From a virus: 64,000 nt of DNA. The stretch is taken from positions 1 to 64,000 of IMG/VR virus record IMGVR_UViG_3300050821_004383; one strand, given 5' to 3'. Below the pieces are notes generated by a model. The model did not search any database, was not told where the DNA came from, and saw only the letters and a program-made list of their open reading frames with translations. Both the position numbers and the translations under genes were made by a program. Position 1 is the first letter of the stretch. Each line of letters starts with the position of its first letter. Of the stretch, positions 19,512-28,861 are shown in pieces.

Positions 19512-20123
19512 TTATGCGCCGTATGCTTGGAACTGGTACAAGCGAGCAAAGTTCTGCGCCAACGACACGGAGAACGTTACACGAGCAACCAAACCAACTA
19601 CGTTACCCTGCGTCGGAGCAGGCTGACCCTTTACGAAGTCAAGACCGCTCGGTGGGTTCGTGATTGGGCTAGGTCCAATAACAGCCGCGTTATTCAACGA
19701 AGCAATGAAGTAGCCTGATAGAAGACCCGGAGTTGCGCCCGAGTTGTTCGTACCAACCAACGTTGCCTCTATAGACCAGTTAACTGGGGTTGCCGATGCT
19801 AGAGTAACTGCGCCTGTGCTTGCGATTGCAGCGTAGGTCGGAGATGCGATTGTTCCGGTGTTTGCCACCAAATCAATCGTGACGTTACCGCCACCAGTGA
19901 AGGGAAGAACGTCTCCACCTAGCACAACTTTGAACACCTGACCCTGCAATTCACCGAATGCCGGAACGTCAAGCTGACCAGCCGCGCTCGTTGCGGAAGG
20001 CGCTGCCGAGAAGTTACCGATTGACGAACCTAGGATGCGGGGGAAGTACTTTGCTGCTGTACCTACGCCGCCAACGGTAGACGGGTTAAGGCCGTTTACC
20101 TGGAAGTCTCTGATTACTGACAT
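19512..20123 (-). CDS. Virion structural/decoration protein
   Basis: 203 aa, G/A/T/S-rich beta protein. Confidence 0.55.
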   Translation of the reverse strand: MSVIRDFQVNGLNPSTVGGVGTAAKYFPRILGSSIGNFSAAPSATSAAGQLDVPAFGELQGQVFKVVLGGDVLPFTGGGNVTIDLVANTGTIASPTYAAIASTGAVTLASATPVNWSIEATLVGTNNSGATPGLLSGYFIASLNNAAVIGPSPITNPPSGLDFVKGQPAPTQGNVVGLVARVTFSVSLAQNFARLYQFQAYGA

Positions 20124-20249
20124 GGTTTTCCTTTATGTACCCGCGACGAAAGGTGTTTTAATGTCCCCGCGCCGAGAGCTTTAGTAGAACGCGTTTAGAA
20201 CGTGCTACGCGTTACCACTTCAATTTGTGAGCGAACCCACAAAAACTTT

Positions 20250-20588
20250 TTAGTTCTGAACGTACCAAGCTGTTCCGGTGATAGGCGATGTTGTGGTTAG
20301 AGTTGCAGCAATCGCATTTCCGGCGACCGCCGACTGATACCAATCAACTGTCGGGTCTGGCGGAAGAGTTATAACAGTGCCGTTTGCGCTTATAGCCATT
20401 GCTCCGCTTAGTGCAGTTCCCGCTACTCCGTCATTTATCACTATGGTGTTCGCGCCCGTACCTACCATCAACAAAGACACGATGGTGATAATTTTTCCTG
20501 CTACACCCGGAACGATAGTGTTAGCGGTACCGATAGAAGACAGGGTAAACGCCACTTGATGAATTTGTTCTCTTAGTGCTACGCCCAT
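20250..20588 (-). CDS. Small virion structural protein
   Basis: 112 aa, beta-rich. Confidence 0.55.
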   Translation of the reverse strand: MGVALREQIHQVAFTLSSIGTANTIVPGVAGKIITIVSLLMVGTGANTIVINDGVAGTALSGAMAISANGTVITLPPDPTVDWYQSAVAGNAIAATLTTTSPITGTAWYVQN

Positions 20589-20762
20589 GTTTCTCTCCGT
20601 TACGCTGCCGGATTGGGCGTGGGAGCCTCAATCTTTGTCGGCGGTTTTCCTATCTCTGAAAGCTGCGCTTGGGCTTGTGCCAATTGTTCTCGAAGCTGCA
20701 TCACTTCGAGGTGGAGGCGACCCAACTCAGCGAAAATCTTATTGATGTCCATTGTCAATCCT

Positions 20763-21428
20763 TTAGACAGTTACTTCTGCCCACAACAAACGACCCGTAA
20801 CGCTGACCGTTGTTGTTGAAACTGTATTCAAAAGCGCTAGCACGCCACCCGGTGGAACGATGAACGAGCCGTCTATGTTTTGTGTGTAGCTAACCGTCGG
20901 TGTTTGAATGGCGGTTGATACTGCGGCGGTCGTAATAATTGTTGGAGTCGGGAAGTCCGCTGCTTCCAGAAGAACTAGGTTGTTAGTCAAACCAGTTAGT
21001 GCCACAAATGCCAAACCCTTAGCCTTGGAACCAGCGCTCGTTAGGTTGCTGTGGTTTACTGGGGCGGTTCCTAGGGTGAGTGCACTGTTACCAACTGAAC
21101 CTGCCCAAACAAATGCTCCGGGACCAGTTGATGCCGCGTTGTTGATACCAGATGCCAGCGTTGCTTGGAGAATGACCAAGTTAACACCAGAACTCAACGG
21201 ATTCCATACACCAAGAATCGGTGTCGTGGTATTCGTCAATGTGATGGTGTTCGCGGTTAACGCTGTGAGAGCAGTTACGCCGTTTCCAAACAATTGCCCA
21301 CGGTAGTTCTGTTCGTAAAAGCGACCTTGAAATTCTGAGACTAGGATATCGCTGAACTCGCCTACGCCCGCAGTAATATTCTGTCCGGTCTGCTTACCTG
21401 TCTGTCCTTGGTTGCCTTGAAGAATCAT
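20763..21428 (-). CDS. Virion structural protein
   Basis: 221 aa, T/A/G-rich. Confidence 0.55.
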   Translation of the reverse strand: MILQGNQGQTGKQTGQNITAGVGEFSDILVSEFQGRFYEQNYRGQLFGNGVTALTALTANTITLTNTTTPILGVWNPLSSGVNLVILQATLASGINNAASTGPGAFVWAGSVGNSALTLGTAPVNHSNLTSAGSKAKGLAFVALTGLTNNLVLLEAADFPTPTIITTAAVSTAIQTPTVSYTQNIDGSFIVPPGGVLALLNTVSTTTVSVTGRLLWAEVTV

Positions 21429-21437
21429 CGTTATTCC

Positions 21438-23216
21438 TTAGTCAGCGTAATCGTCAACGCCTTCCTCCTGGGCAATAGCTCCAGGGTCAAAATCTCTTGG
21501 GTTGTTACGACCGCCGTCGCACGCGATGGCTACAAGCGCTCGTCTCATTGCTTCCAACAAAATCGTTTGCTGTGAGCGAAGGTCATTCCCAGAAACCAAA
21601 CTCTGGTCTGTTGATGCTCCAACAGGGAGCGGCAAAGACGCCACGCTAACTGGTTGAGTTGCTTGGAAAAATGTTCCGGTAACTGCTTGCGTTGCCGGGA
21701 ATGAGTCCGATGAAACGGTCACGCGCGGAATGCCCGCGCCGCTCACGCCCGTTCCGGTTACAACGGCTGAGCCGCCAAACTGTGCAACGTTTTCGTTCCA
21801 AGGTGTGGCATTCGCCGTACCTTGGTTGGCCGTTACCGTTCCACTTACAACCCACGGAGAGGTGCTCTGTGTTACGGCTAGCGTTGCGTTCTGCACGCTT
21901 ACGTTGACGGTTGCTGCAATGCTGACAGCCTGAGTTGCTGGAAATGAATCCGATGAAACTGTAACGCGAGGAATACCTGCGCCTGAAACTCCGGTTCCGG
22001 TTACGACGTTGCTGCCGCCGAACTGACTAACGTTGTCTGTCCACGGAGAAGAACCTTGCGTTGCTGCTACGGTCCACGAGCCGCCCTGATTTGCTGTTAC
22101 GGTTCCTGATACAACCCACGGAGAAGTGCTTTGAGTTACCGCTATCGTTCCCGAGACTGGTTGAGTGGAACCAGAACCGTCAACTTTCAACGTTCCTGTT
22201 CCAGCGTCCACTTGAACGCGACGCCATACGGTGTTGGTTGCATCCCAACCTAGAAGGTTCGCGCCGATTTCGGTTGTTGTAGGATTCGCTAAAGCGTCTC
22301 CCAAGGCAACAGCAGCCGGAAGATGGTTGTCCGATGTTACCCACGGAGATGTGCTTTGCGTTACAGCTAGCGTGGCGTTTTGAACGCTTACGTTCACCGT
22401 TGCTTCATCAGAAGCTAGCACAACCGGAATCGAGTTTGCGCTAGTCTTGGTTCCAAGCGTAACCGCTGAACCACCAAACTGCGCGATATTCTCGTTCCAA
22501 GGAGTTGCGTTTGCTGTGCCCTGGTTTGCTGTAACTGTGCCCGCTACCGTAACCGTCCCAAGCGTCGCACTGTCGATGATGACGTGCTGCGCCGAAGAGA
22601 AGGCTACGAATAAATCTTGTGATGCGTCTACCTTCAACGCACGAATCTTTGAGTTGACAGAATCCCAACCCATAGACAGTGTGCCTGTCGGGGTTGCACC
22701 GCTGGCCGCGTTGTCCGCGAACTGAGTGCCGCCGCCGAAGGACGTAATCTGATTTCCGGAGCCGTCAACGATGGCGACCGTCGGTGCCTTGGTCGTTGCT
22801 CCTAGAGCGAGACCAGTTACGCCGACAAGATTGCCGCCGATGTTCACGCCTTGGTAGTCGGCGTTGACCGGAACCGCTGAACCAGTTGCTGACGCTGCCG
22901 CGTTGCCGCCCGAGATGGTCCCTTCCGCCAGGTTGACGTTAAGGTTTCCGGCTGCGCTTAATCCTAGAGCATGAAGAATGTTGCTCGGGTTCTTGCCTAG
23001 GGCAACGGTGCCTGTTGGCGTTGCCTGGGTCGTGCCGTCCGCGTACTGCGTGCCGCTTGCAGCACCAGCCGCGATGTTGACCAGAATGTTCCCATTTGCA
23101 TCAAGTTGAAACGGTAGTGCTTGACCTGGGCTTGGCGCAGGAGACGTTAGATTGTAAACGCCCCCAATAAGAATCGATGTTGTGGGGGCCGAACTGTTCA
23201 GTGGCCCTGTGCTCAT
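21438..23216 (-). CDS. Fibre-like virion protein with internal repeats
   Basis: 592 aa; repeats 'TVTANQGTANATPWNEN.AQFGGS' and 'LAVTQSTSPWV'. Confidence 0.65.
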   Translation of the reverse strand: MSTGPLNSSAPTTSILIGGVYNLTSPAPSPGQALPFQLDANGNILVNIAAGAASGTQYADGTTQATPTGTVALGKNPSNILHALGLSAAGNLNVNLAEGTISGGNAAASATGSAVPVNADYQGVNIGGNLVGVTGLALGATTKAPTVAIVDGSGNQITSFGGGTQFADNAASGATPTGTLSMGWDSVNSKIRALKVDASQDLFVAFSSAQHVIIDSATLGTVTVAGTVTANQGTANATPWNENIAQFGGSAVTLGTKTSANSIPVVLASDEATVNVSVQNATLAVTQSTSPWVTSDNHLPAAVALGDALANPTTTEIGANLLGWDATNTVWRRVQVDAGTGTLKVDGSGSTQPVSGTIAVTQSTSPWVVSGTVTANQGGSWTVAATQGSSPWTDNVSQFGGSNVVTGTGVSGAGIPRVTVSSDSFPATQAVSIAATVNVSVQNATLAVTQSTSPWVVSGTVTANQGTANATPWNENVAQFGGSAVVTGTGVSGAGIPRVTVSSDSFPATQAVTGTFFQATQPVSVASLPLPVGASTDQSLVSGNDLRSQQTILLEAMRRALVAIACDGGRNNPRDFDPGAIAQEEGVDDYAD

Positions 23217-23224
23217 TCAGCCTC

Positions 23225-23890
23225 TTAAATCGTGCCGCGACGCTTCATGTCGAGAATGATGCTCGCGACTGCTTCTGTGAACTCTCTCGTCTTGACTGTG
23301 AACGGAAGCCCTTGAGGACCTTCCGGACCTTGCTCGCCGCGCTCACCTTGCGGTCCCTGCGGTCCTGTTGGACCCGCCGGACCTTGTGGCCCTGCTGGGC
23401 CTTGTGGACCAGTTGCGCCCGTTGCGCCTGCCGGACCTGGGATATCTGAAACTCCTGCTTCGCCTTGAGGACCCTGCTCGCCGCGTTCGCCTTGAGGACC
23501 CTGCTCGCCCTTGGCTCCGTCGTTACCATCGCGACCGTCGGCTCCGTTGACGCCGTCGTTACCATCGCGTCCGGCTTCGCCGCGCTCGCCTTGTGGGCCT
23601 TGAGGACCTTGGGGTCCTGTCAAACCTGTTACGCCCGTTGCGCCGCGCTCGCCCTGTGGACCTTGCTCGCCACGCTCACCGCGCGGACCCGGCTCACCTT
23701 GCGGGCCAGTTGCGCCGCGAGGACCTTGCGGACCTGGGACATCTGACTTACCCGGCTCACCTTGCGGGCCGCGTTCGCCTTGAGGACCGACGCGCGAATT
23801 TTGATGTGCACGCAGGTCTTCGAGATACTTCTCAATTTGATAGACTCTCTCTTCGTACGTCAAAGAGGCGTCGAATAAATTTCTGCCCAC
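23225..23890 (-). CDS. Collagen-like (GXY) protein
   Basis: About 50 consecutive GXY triplets (GPQGERGEQ...). Confidence 0.9.
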   Translation of the reverse strand: MGRNLFDASLTYEERVYQIEKYLEDLRAHQNSRVGPQGERGPQGEPGKSDVPGPQGPRGATGPQGEPGPRGERGEQGPQGERGATGVTGLTGPQGPQGPQGERGEAGRDGNDGVNGADGRDGNDGAKGEQGPQGERGEQGPQGEAGVSDIPGPAGATGATGPQGPAGPQGPAGPTGPQGPQGERGEQGPEGPQGLPFTVKTREFTEAVASIILDMKRRGTI

Positions 23891-23891
23891 G

Positions 23892-23984
23892 TTATCTCCA
23901 AACCCAGCCGCATTGACACTTCACAACTTCGCCGTGCTTCTTTCGAAGCAGACGACGACAGCCACCGCACAGACGCTCCCACAT
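23892..23984 (-). CDS. Tiny Zn-ribbon protein
   Basis: Own translation MWERLCGGCRRLLRKKHGEVVKCQCGWVWR. Confidence 0.5.
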   Translation of the reverse strand: MWERLCGGCRRLLRKKHGEVVKCQCGWVWR

Positions 23985-24015
23985 AGGGATGCCCCTAGGC
24001 TAACTTGGCCTGAAA

Positions 24016-24051
24016 CAAAGAAAAAGGCGCACCCGTTAAGATGCGCCTTTT
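24016..24051 (-). terminator. Rho-independent terminator
   Basis: AAAAGGCGCA..TGCGCCTTTT hairpin with T tract. Confidence 0.75.
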
Positions 24052-24055
24052 GAAA

Positions 24056-24490
24056 TTACTTAGTGTGCCACTGACCGTTCGTTGTGCAGAAGAACAGAAC
24101 TGGTGTACCAACCGCGACGGGAGTAAATCCTACGTTCGCGCCAGCGTTATTGATTTGCTCACCTAGTGCGGGCCAAACCTTGAGTCCTGCCGCGCCGTCA
24201 TTGATGATGGTAACTTCCATACCACGTAGTCCCGGTGGTAAGGTCGTAGAATCGTTCAATGTTGCGACGGTTGAAAAACGGGAAATCGGAGTTGAAATCA
24301 CAATGCTATTTCCTTGTGTTCCGGCTGCCGTTGCCGTTAATCCGTCTGACGCCATCTTGGTGCCGTAGAAAAACCCGGATACTGTTTGTCCTGTCAAAAC
24401 TGCGCCGCCTGGACCAAGAACCTGGACAACGTCTAAGTTCTCGCCCATGTCAATGTACTGGTCTCTTGCTGTTGTTGAGGGAATCGCCAT
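24056..24490 (-). CDS. Virion structural protein
   Basis: 144 aa; 'LP....GMEVTIIND...LKVWP..GEQIN' fibre-associated motif. Confidence 0.55.
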   Translation of the reverse strand: MAIPSTTARDQYIDMGENLDVVQVLGPGGAVLTGQTVSGFFYGTKMASDGLTATAAGTQGNSIVISTPISRFSTVATLNDSTTLPPGLRGMEVTIINDGAAGLKVWPALGEQINNAGANVGFTPVAVGTPVLFFCTTNGQWHTK

Positions 24491-24609
24491 TTAAGGCTCC
24501 TTAAAATCAAATTTGCTCGTCAGATAGTGGCCCCGTGCCAAAGCTACCCCGAGACTTGTCGATAACTGCTATTGGATGCTGCGTCGGAGATTTTATTGTC
24601 CGAGAAAAT

Positions 24610-24684
24610 TGGTTCCGGCGTGTGGATTCGAACCACAATTAGCGGATTCAGAGTCCGCAGTCCTGCCAGTTAAACGACATCGGA
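24610..24684 (-). tRNA. tRNA-Gln(CTG)
   Basis: Cloverleaf, loop CTCTGAA, encoded CCA. Confidence 0.9.
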
Positions 24685-24793
24685 ACAGAAATTGGAGCGG
24701 TGTCCTCGTACTCACTAGAGCGATGGGGTCCTTCTCACCTAGGCACTCACCGCCGAGTGTACTCCCAGATTACCAGACCTACGATTACGAAAT

Positions 24794-24869
24794 TGGTTGG
24801 ATGCGAAGGATTCGGACCTTCATCTGACTGATTCAAAGTCAGCCGTGTTGCCAGTTACACCAGCGTCCA
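24794..24869 (-). tRNA. tRNA-Gln(TTG)
   Basis: Loop CTTTGAA; T-loop TCCGAAT; CCA. Confidence 0.9.
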
Positions 24870-24878
24870 ACAGAAAAT

Positions 24879-24953
24879 TGGTCCTACACCGTGGAATCGA
24901 ACCACGTACGCCCGCCGTTTCAAGACGGCGCTCTACCAATGAGCTAGCGTAGG
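24879..24953 (-). tRNA. tRNA-Phe(GAA)
   Basis: Stem CCGTC/GGCGG, loop TTGAAAC; CCA. Confidence 0.85.
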
Positions 24954-24954
24954 A

Positions 24955-25041
24955 TGGAGGAAGAAGATGAAATCGAATCATCAACCCGCTAGAGTTGGCC
25001 TAGTGTTCGAAACTAGTTGAGCGCCTTGCTCACCATCTTCC
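24955..25041 (-). tRNA. tRNA-Ser(CGA)
   Basis: Loop TTCGAAC, long variable arm; CCA. Confidence 0.85.
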
Positions 25042-25511
25042 AAAACTTTTCTACGAATACGGTCTTTGTAATTCTTCTCACACTCGATGCAATCACGACG
25101 AAGACCGTTCCAATTAGTTCTATTCTTTGCAAATCTATCAACAGAGAAGAACTGTTTATGTGTTCGACACCAAGCCTTGCCTTCTGGTGGTGTTATACGA
25201 TTACAACTGGGTTTTCCCAGTGAACCTTGAATGTGGGGTGTATTACAACGCGTGTGAGAAAATGTCACATTATCTAAATCCCAAAACAACTCAGGAGAGC
25301 GATTCTCCCAAGGACGAATGTGCTCAATACTCAAATCATCAACAGACTCAATCATCTTACCACACTTCACACAAACACTGTCACCGTATTTTTGTAATTG
25401 ACGAAACAAAATCATCTTACGAAGACGATTTGCCGCTGCTCCGTGGGACATACCAAGTTGTTCTGCAATTCTAGCACTGCGTGCTGCATGTGATGCGTGT
25501 GAGTTACCCAT
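24981..25511 (-). CDS. HNH homing endonuclease
   Basis: Likely start MGNSHASH; 'CVKC...SIEHIRPW...NVTFSH..CN' plus C-terminal Cys domain; stop lies inside tRNA-Ser(CGA). Confidence 0.85.
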   Translation of the reverse strand: MGNSHASHAARSARIAEQLGMSHGAAANRLRKMILFRQLQKYGDSVCVKCGKMIESVDDLSIEHIRPWENRSPELFWDLDNVTFSHTRCNTPHIQGSLGKPSCNRITPPEGKAWCRTHKQFFSVDRFAKNRTNWNGLRRDCIECEKNYKDRIRRKVLEDGEQGAQLVSNTRPTLAG

Positions 25512-25551
25512 CGTCGTTGGCTCCTTTAAGCACTTGACTGATGTTTTCAAA

Positions 25552-25638
25552 TGGCGGATGATGAAGGAATCGAACCCTCTCGACCTTTCAGTCGGGACAG
25601 TTTTCAAGACTGCTGCTCCCCATGAAGCCCAATCATCC
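25552..25638 (-). tRNA. tRNA-Ser(TGA)
   Basis: Loop CTTGAAA, long variable arm; CCA. Confidence 0.85.
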
Positions 25639-25646
25639 GTAAAAAT

Positions 25647-26003
25647 TTAGGCTACTTTCTTCGCCTTGCGAATCTTCAAATAGTTTCTCACAGGAAACGT
25701 CATCGTGCCCGCTGCGCATGCAAACGGAAGCCATGAGTGTGCCGCGTCAACCACGCCCGCGTATCCGGATGCTGCTAGAAACGCTAGCACGATTGCCGGA
25801 CGAAGGACCCCGGCGTCCAAAAACGTACGGAACGGGTGAGCCTTCTCGGTGAACCACTTCATCAATTTGTTGCCTTCGGTCTGGCCGTAGTACCAGATGC
25901 CCCAGCGGGTCACAAACACATCTGTCAACATCGCCACGTACCAAAGAACGGCAGCGAAGTTGTAAGTAAAGTCTCCGTTCGGAAGCGTGCGGGGGTCGAA
26001 CAT
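25647..26003 (-). CDS. Membrane protein
   Basis: Start MFDPRT; 'D..T..G.....E.N' with hydrophobic helices; resembles the adjacent ORF. Confidence 0.55.
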   Translation of the reverse strand: MFDPRTLPNGDFTYNFAAVLWYVAMLTDVFVTRWGIWYYGQTEGNKLMKWFTEKAHPFRTFLDAGVLRPAIVLAFLAASGYAGVVDAAHSWLPFACAAGTMTFPVRNYLKIRKAKKVA

Positions 26004-26011
26004 TCGGTCTC

Positions 26012-26323
26012 CTAAACTGGTATCTTCAAATTTCTGATAGCTTCTCTGATGTGCGCGTACCCGGCTTGAAATGCAAAGCCTGCTGCCATCACGTAGCCCG
26101 CGTAAACCGAGAAACGATTCGCTAACAACCCAACCGCAACCTCGCCCGCGATAACAAGAGTGCCCAAGCCATAAACCTTCAATGTGCTGGGTCTGGGTCC
26201 GAACAGCCACGCTGTGTCGGCTTCGTAGTAGTCCGGATTCTTCAAGAACCGAACTGTTGTCCATCCATCGAATAATGCCGCGCCGGATAAAACCACCGAC
26301 GCCACTACTAGTGGTATGTTCAT
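26012..26323 (-). CDS. Membrane protein
   Basis: Start MNIPLVV; three hydrophobic segments, 'DGWTT...YYEAD'. Confidence 0.55.
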   Translation of the reverse strand: MNIPLVVASVVLSGAALFDGWTTVRFLKNPDYYEADTAWLFGPRPSTLKVYGLGTLVIAGEVAVGLLANRFSVYAGYVMAAGFAFQAGYAHIREAIRNLKIPV

Positions 26324-26328
26324 AAAAT

Positions 26329-26414
26329 TGGCGGAACGAGGAGGAGTCGAACCTCCACGTGCTTTCACACGCTGGTTTAGCAAACCAGTCCGGCTACCGT
26401 TTCGGCACCGTTCC
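26329..26414 (-). tRNA. tRNA-Ser(GCT)
   Basis: Loop TTGCTAA, long variable arm; CCA. Confidence 0.9.
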
Positions 26415-26457
26415 AGAAAATGTGGGGCGACCGGAGCCGCCCCGATTTTGTCTCAGA

Positions 26458-28140
26458 TTAAACCTCTACCGTAATACGAGGATTCGTCGGTGCGGCTGGT
26501 GGTGCTGGCGGCACGTTCGGTCCTGATGGCGGTAGCGATATCTGTACGCTTACCTCTGGCGGGTCTAGTGAAACCCACGTCACTGTGTTGTCCTGTGTGA
26601 TGGTATTCAACACTGGAGAGAACACTGGACGATGGGCTGCGTCACTGCTGATACCCGGAACAGAGACTTGCTGAAACGATTGGCTAACGCAATCGAATAC
26701 GATGTCCCCAACGTTGAACTGCTTGTTAGGAGCATAAACCGATAGCGTTGCGGATAAGAACATGACAACTGAATCAGTGTCCAGTGTCACTGCGCCTACG
26801 CGAGCCAGCAATCTGCCGTTGACTCTTACGCCCGTGTTAACGGTGATAGACGCTTGAGCCATGATTGTCCCGGAGAAGTTCGTTCCAACTCCGAGTGTTG
26901 CAGAACTGCCGACTTGCCAGAAAATGTTCGCCGCTTGTGCGCCGCCTAGCAATACGATGTTGCTGTTGCTAGCAGCGGTTGTAAGCGTTGAACCAATTTG
27001 AAAAATGAAAACCGCGTTCGGGTCTCCTAGTCCATCGAGAACCAGGGTCCCGGTGATGCCTACCGAACTTGCGTTCTTATAAACACCCGGTGTGAGAGTC
27101 AACCCGCCTAAATCACCCGGGAGAGCCGTGAACGGACTGCCGCTGGATGTGAGTCCAGAAGCCGATGCCGTTGCTGTCTCCGCCGTTGCTGCTGGGTTCG
27201 TCAACGTGATTGCTGTAATCGTCTGGGCTATGCAAACGAACGTTCCGTTGTTGGAAGCGTTAGTAAAGCCTGTGACCGTGAATCTTTGTCCAACTAGAGC
27301 GTTTCCTGCTGGGAAGGTTCCCACGTATGATGTATTTCCGAATGCGTCTGGTGCAGCAACGGAAGTTACAGGATACGGGCCTGTTGCAGAAAAACCGCCT
27401 ATGCCCGAAGGATTAACAGCGGATGCGGCTGCATTGTAAGCCGTTGTTAGTGCGGCCTGCGCTGCTGCTGCAACGAAGTCCCCGGCGTGAAACACGCCCG
27501 AGATTGCTGCTGGTGCTCCGAAACCAGTGATTGAAGTTCCCGGCCAAACTCCCACGTCACCCGCGACGGTTGTTGCGCCCGTGTTGGTGACAGTAGAACC
27601 TGCCAAGATTTCAAAACTGTTTGCCACTCCCACGTTTGGTGGGGTTGGGCTGGGACCGAACGGAACAGCGACGGAAAGAACGCCGACCGAGTTAGCACTT
27701 GAAATGCCGCCTGCGACCGATTCAATCTCGTAGCTGTAAACGTGGCCCGGGACAACTCCGAAATCCTCAAAGAACGGATTCGGTGTAGCAAGCGCCGAGT
27801 GTACCTCTGCGGTTGCGAACGAACTATTTAGTGTCAACGTTGTCGCAGAAGACGCGACGCATTGAAACTGCCCGTTGTTCGCGGAGTTACCGAAACCTGT
27901 AACGCGGAACACCAATCCTACGAAGGCGTTTGCTGCGCCACCGCTGATAACTCCAGTGTAAACGGCTTGACCGTTAGCGGACTGGGATACCGAGGATAAG
28001 ACGAGCGCTGGTCCTTGCTCAATCAGGCCAACGTTGTACGGAACTAAACTCTCATTTCCGGGTGCTGTACCACGGAAAATGTTGTAGCCATCGACCAGGG
28101 ACGGACTTGGGTCCCATGAGATGGTAATAGAATGTGTCAT
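26458..28140 (-). CDS. Ice-binding-like protein (DUF3494) fused to FN3 and virion modules
   Basis: 'FEILAGSTVTNTGATTVAGDVGV.PG', 'DLGGLTLTPGVY', 'GDPNAVFIFQIGSTL', 'AQAANIFWQVGSSATLG', 'NGRLLA..GAVTLD'. Confidence 0.9.
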   Translation of the reverse strand: MTHSITISWDPSPSLVDGYNIFRGTAPGNESLVPYNVGLIEQGPALVLSSVSQSANGQAVYTGVISGGAANAFVGLVFRVTGFGNSANNGQFQCVASSATTLTLNSSFATAEVHSALATPNPFFEDFGVVPGHVYSYEIESVAGGISSANSVGVLSVAVPFGPSPTPPNVGVANSFEILAGSTVTNTGATTVAGDVGVWPGTSITGFGAPAAISGVFHAGDFVAAAAQAALTTAYNAAASAVNPSGIGGFSATGPYPVTSVAAPDAFGNTSYVGTFPAGNALVGQRFTVTGFTNASNNGTFVCIAQTITAITLTNPAATAETATASASGLTSSGSPFTALPGDLGGLTLTPGVYKNASSVGITGTLVLDGLGDPNAVFIFQIGSTLTTAASNSNIVLLGGAQAANIFWQVGSSATLGVGTNFSGTIMAQASITVNTGVRVNGRLLARVGAVTLDTDSVVMFLSATLSVYAPNKQFNVGDIVFDCVSQSFQQVSVPGISSDAAHRPVFSPVLNTITQDNTVTWVSLDPPEVSVQISLPPSGPNVPPAPPAAPTNPRITVEV

Positions 28141-28334
28141 GAACTGCTCCTTGCACGCAATAAACTACATGCGCGTTGGGAGCAACGTGATACCCAGCTA
28201 GCTGACGCAACCACAATCCTGATTGTCGCACTCTATGGCGAGAGCGCGAGGACCGGACACATTCATTTTCAGTCACTTCCAAAGAAGTGAACCAAAAGGG
28301 AAGGAGGCTTTAACTCCGACTGACTACCTGATGC

Positions 28335-28439
28335 TTACTTCTTTGGATTACTTACACAAAATTTGCAAACTGGTCTTCTGTGAGGATGGCTGTAAATTAG
28401 TTCCTCTGCCAGTTTCTTGCATACGGGGCACATCTTCAT
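28335..28439 (-). CDS. Tiny Zn-finger protein
   Basis: Own translation MKMCPVCKKLAEELIYSHPHRRPVCKFCVSNPKK; GGAGG RBS. Confidence 0.5.
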   Translation of the reverse strand: MKMCPVCKKLAEELIYSHPHRRPVCKFCVSNPKK

Positions 28440-28533
28440 GGCTGTCACCTCCAGCCATAATACTACCACACCCGTGGTACCGCGTCTGTTCAATATTGGA
28501 CAGTACTGTTAATACAAGACACTTATCTAAAAT

Positions 28534-28609
28534 TGGCAGGTCATGAGGGATTCGAACCCCCACCGCATCGTTTTGGAGACGAGCATGCAACCAGTAACAC
28601 TTATGGCCT
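28534..28609 (-). tRNA. tRNA-Trp(CCA)
   Basis: Loop CTCCAAA; CCA end. Confidence 0.9.
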
Positions 28610-28618
28610 GTTGAAAAT

Positions 28619-28706
28619 TGGTGGAAAGTCGAGGACTCGAACCTCGGAAGCCCACAAGGGGCATCTGGTTTACAGCCAGAAGCAATTGCCGCTATGCGAA
28701 CCTTCC
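28619..28706 (-). tRNA. tRNA-Tyr(GTA)
   Basis: Loop CTGTAAA, long variable arm. Confidence 0.9.
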
Positions 28707-28778
28707 ACAATGCTAGTTGCGCCTCGGTGGCTCTATGGACTGCTCTCACCGATATGTTTAATGTCACAGCGCAAAACT

Positions 28779-28852
28779 TGGAGCCTCGTCGAGGAATCGG
28801 ACCCCGGCGTTCGCTTTACGAAAGCGACGTACTGCCACTATACTAACAAGGC
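28779..28852 (-). tRNA. tRNA-Thr(CGT)
   Basis: Loop TTCGTAA; T-loop TCCGATT. Confidence 0.9.
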
Positions 28853-28861
28853 TCGGAAAAT

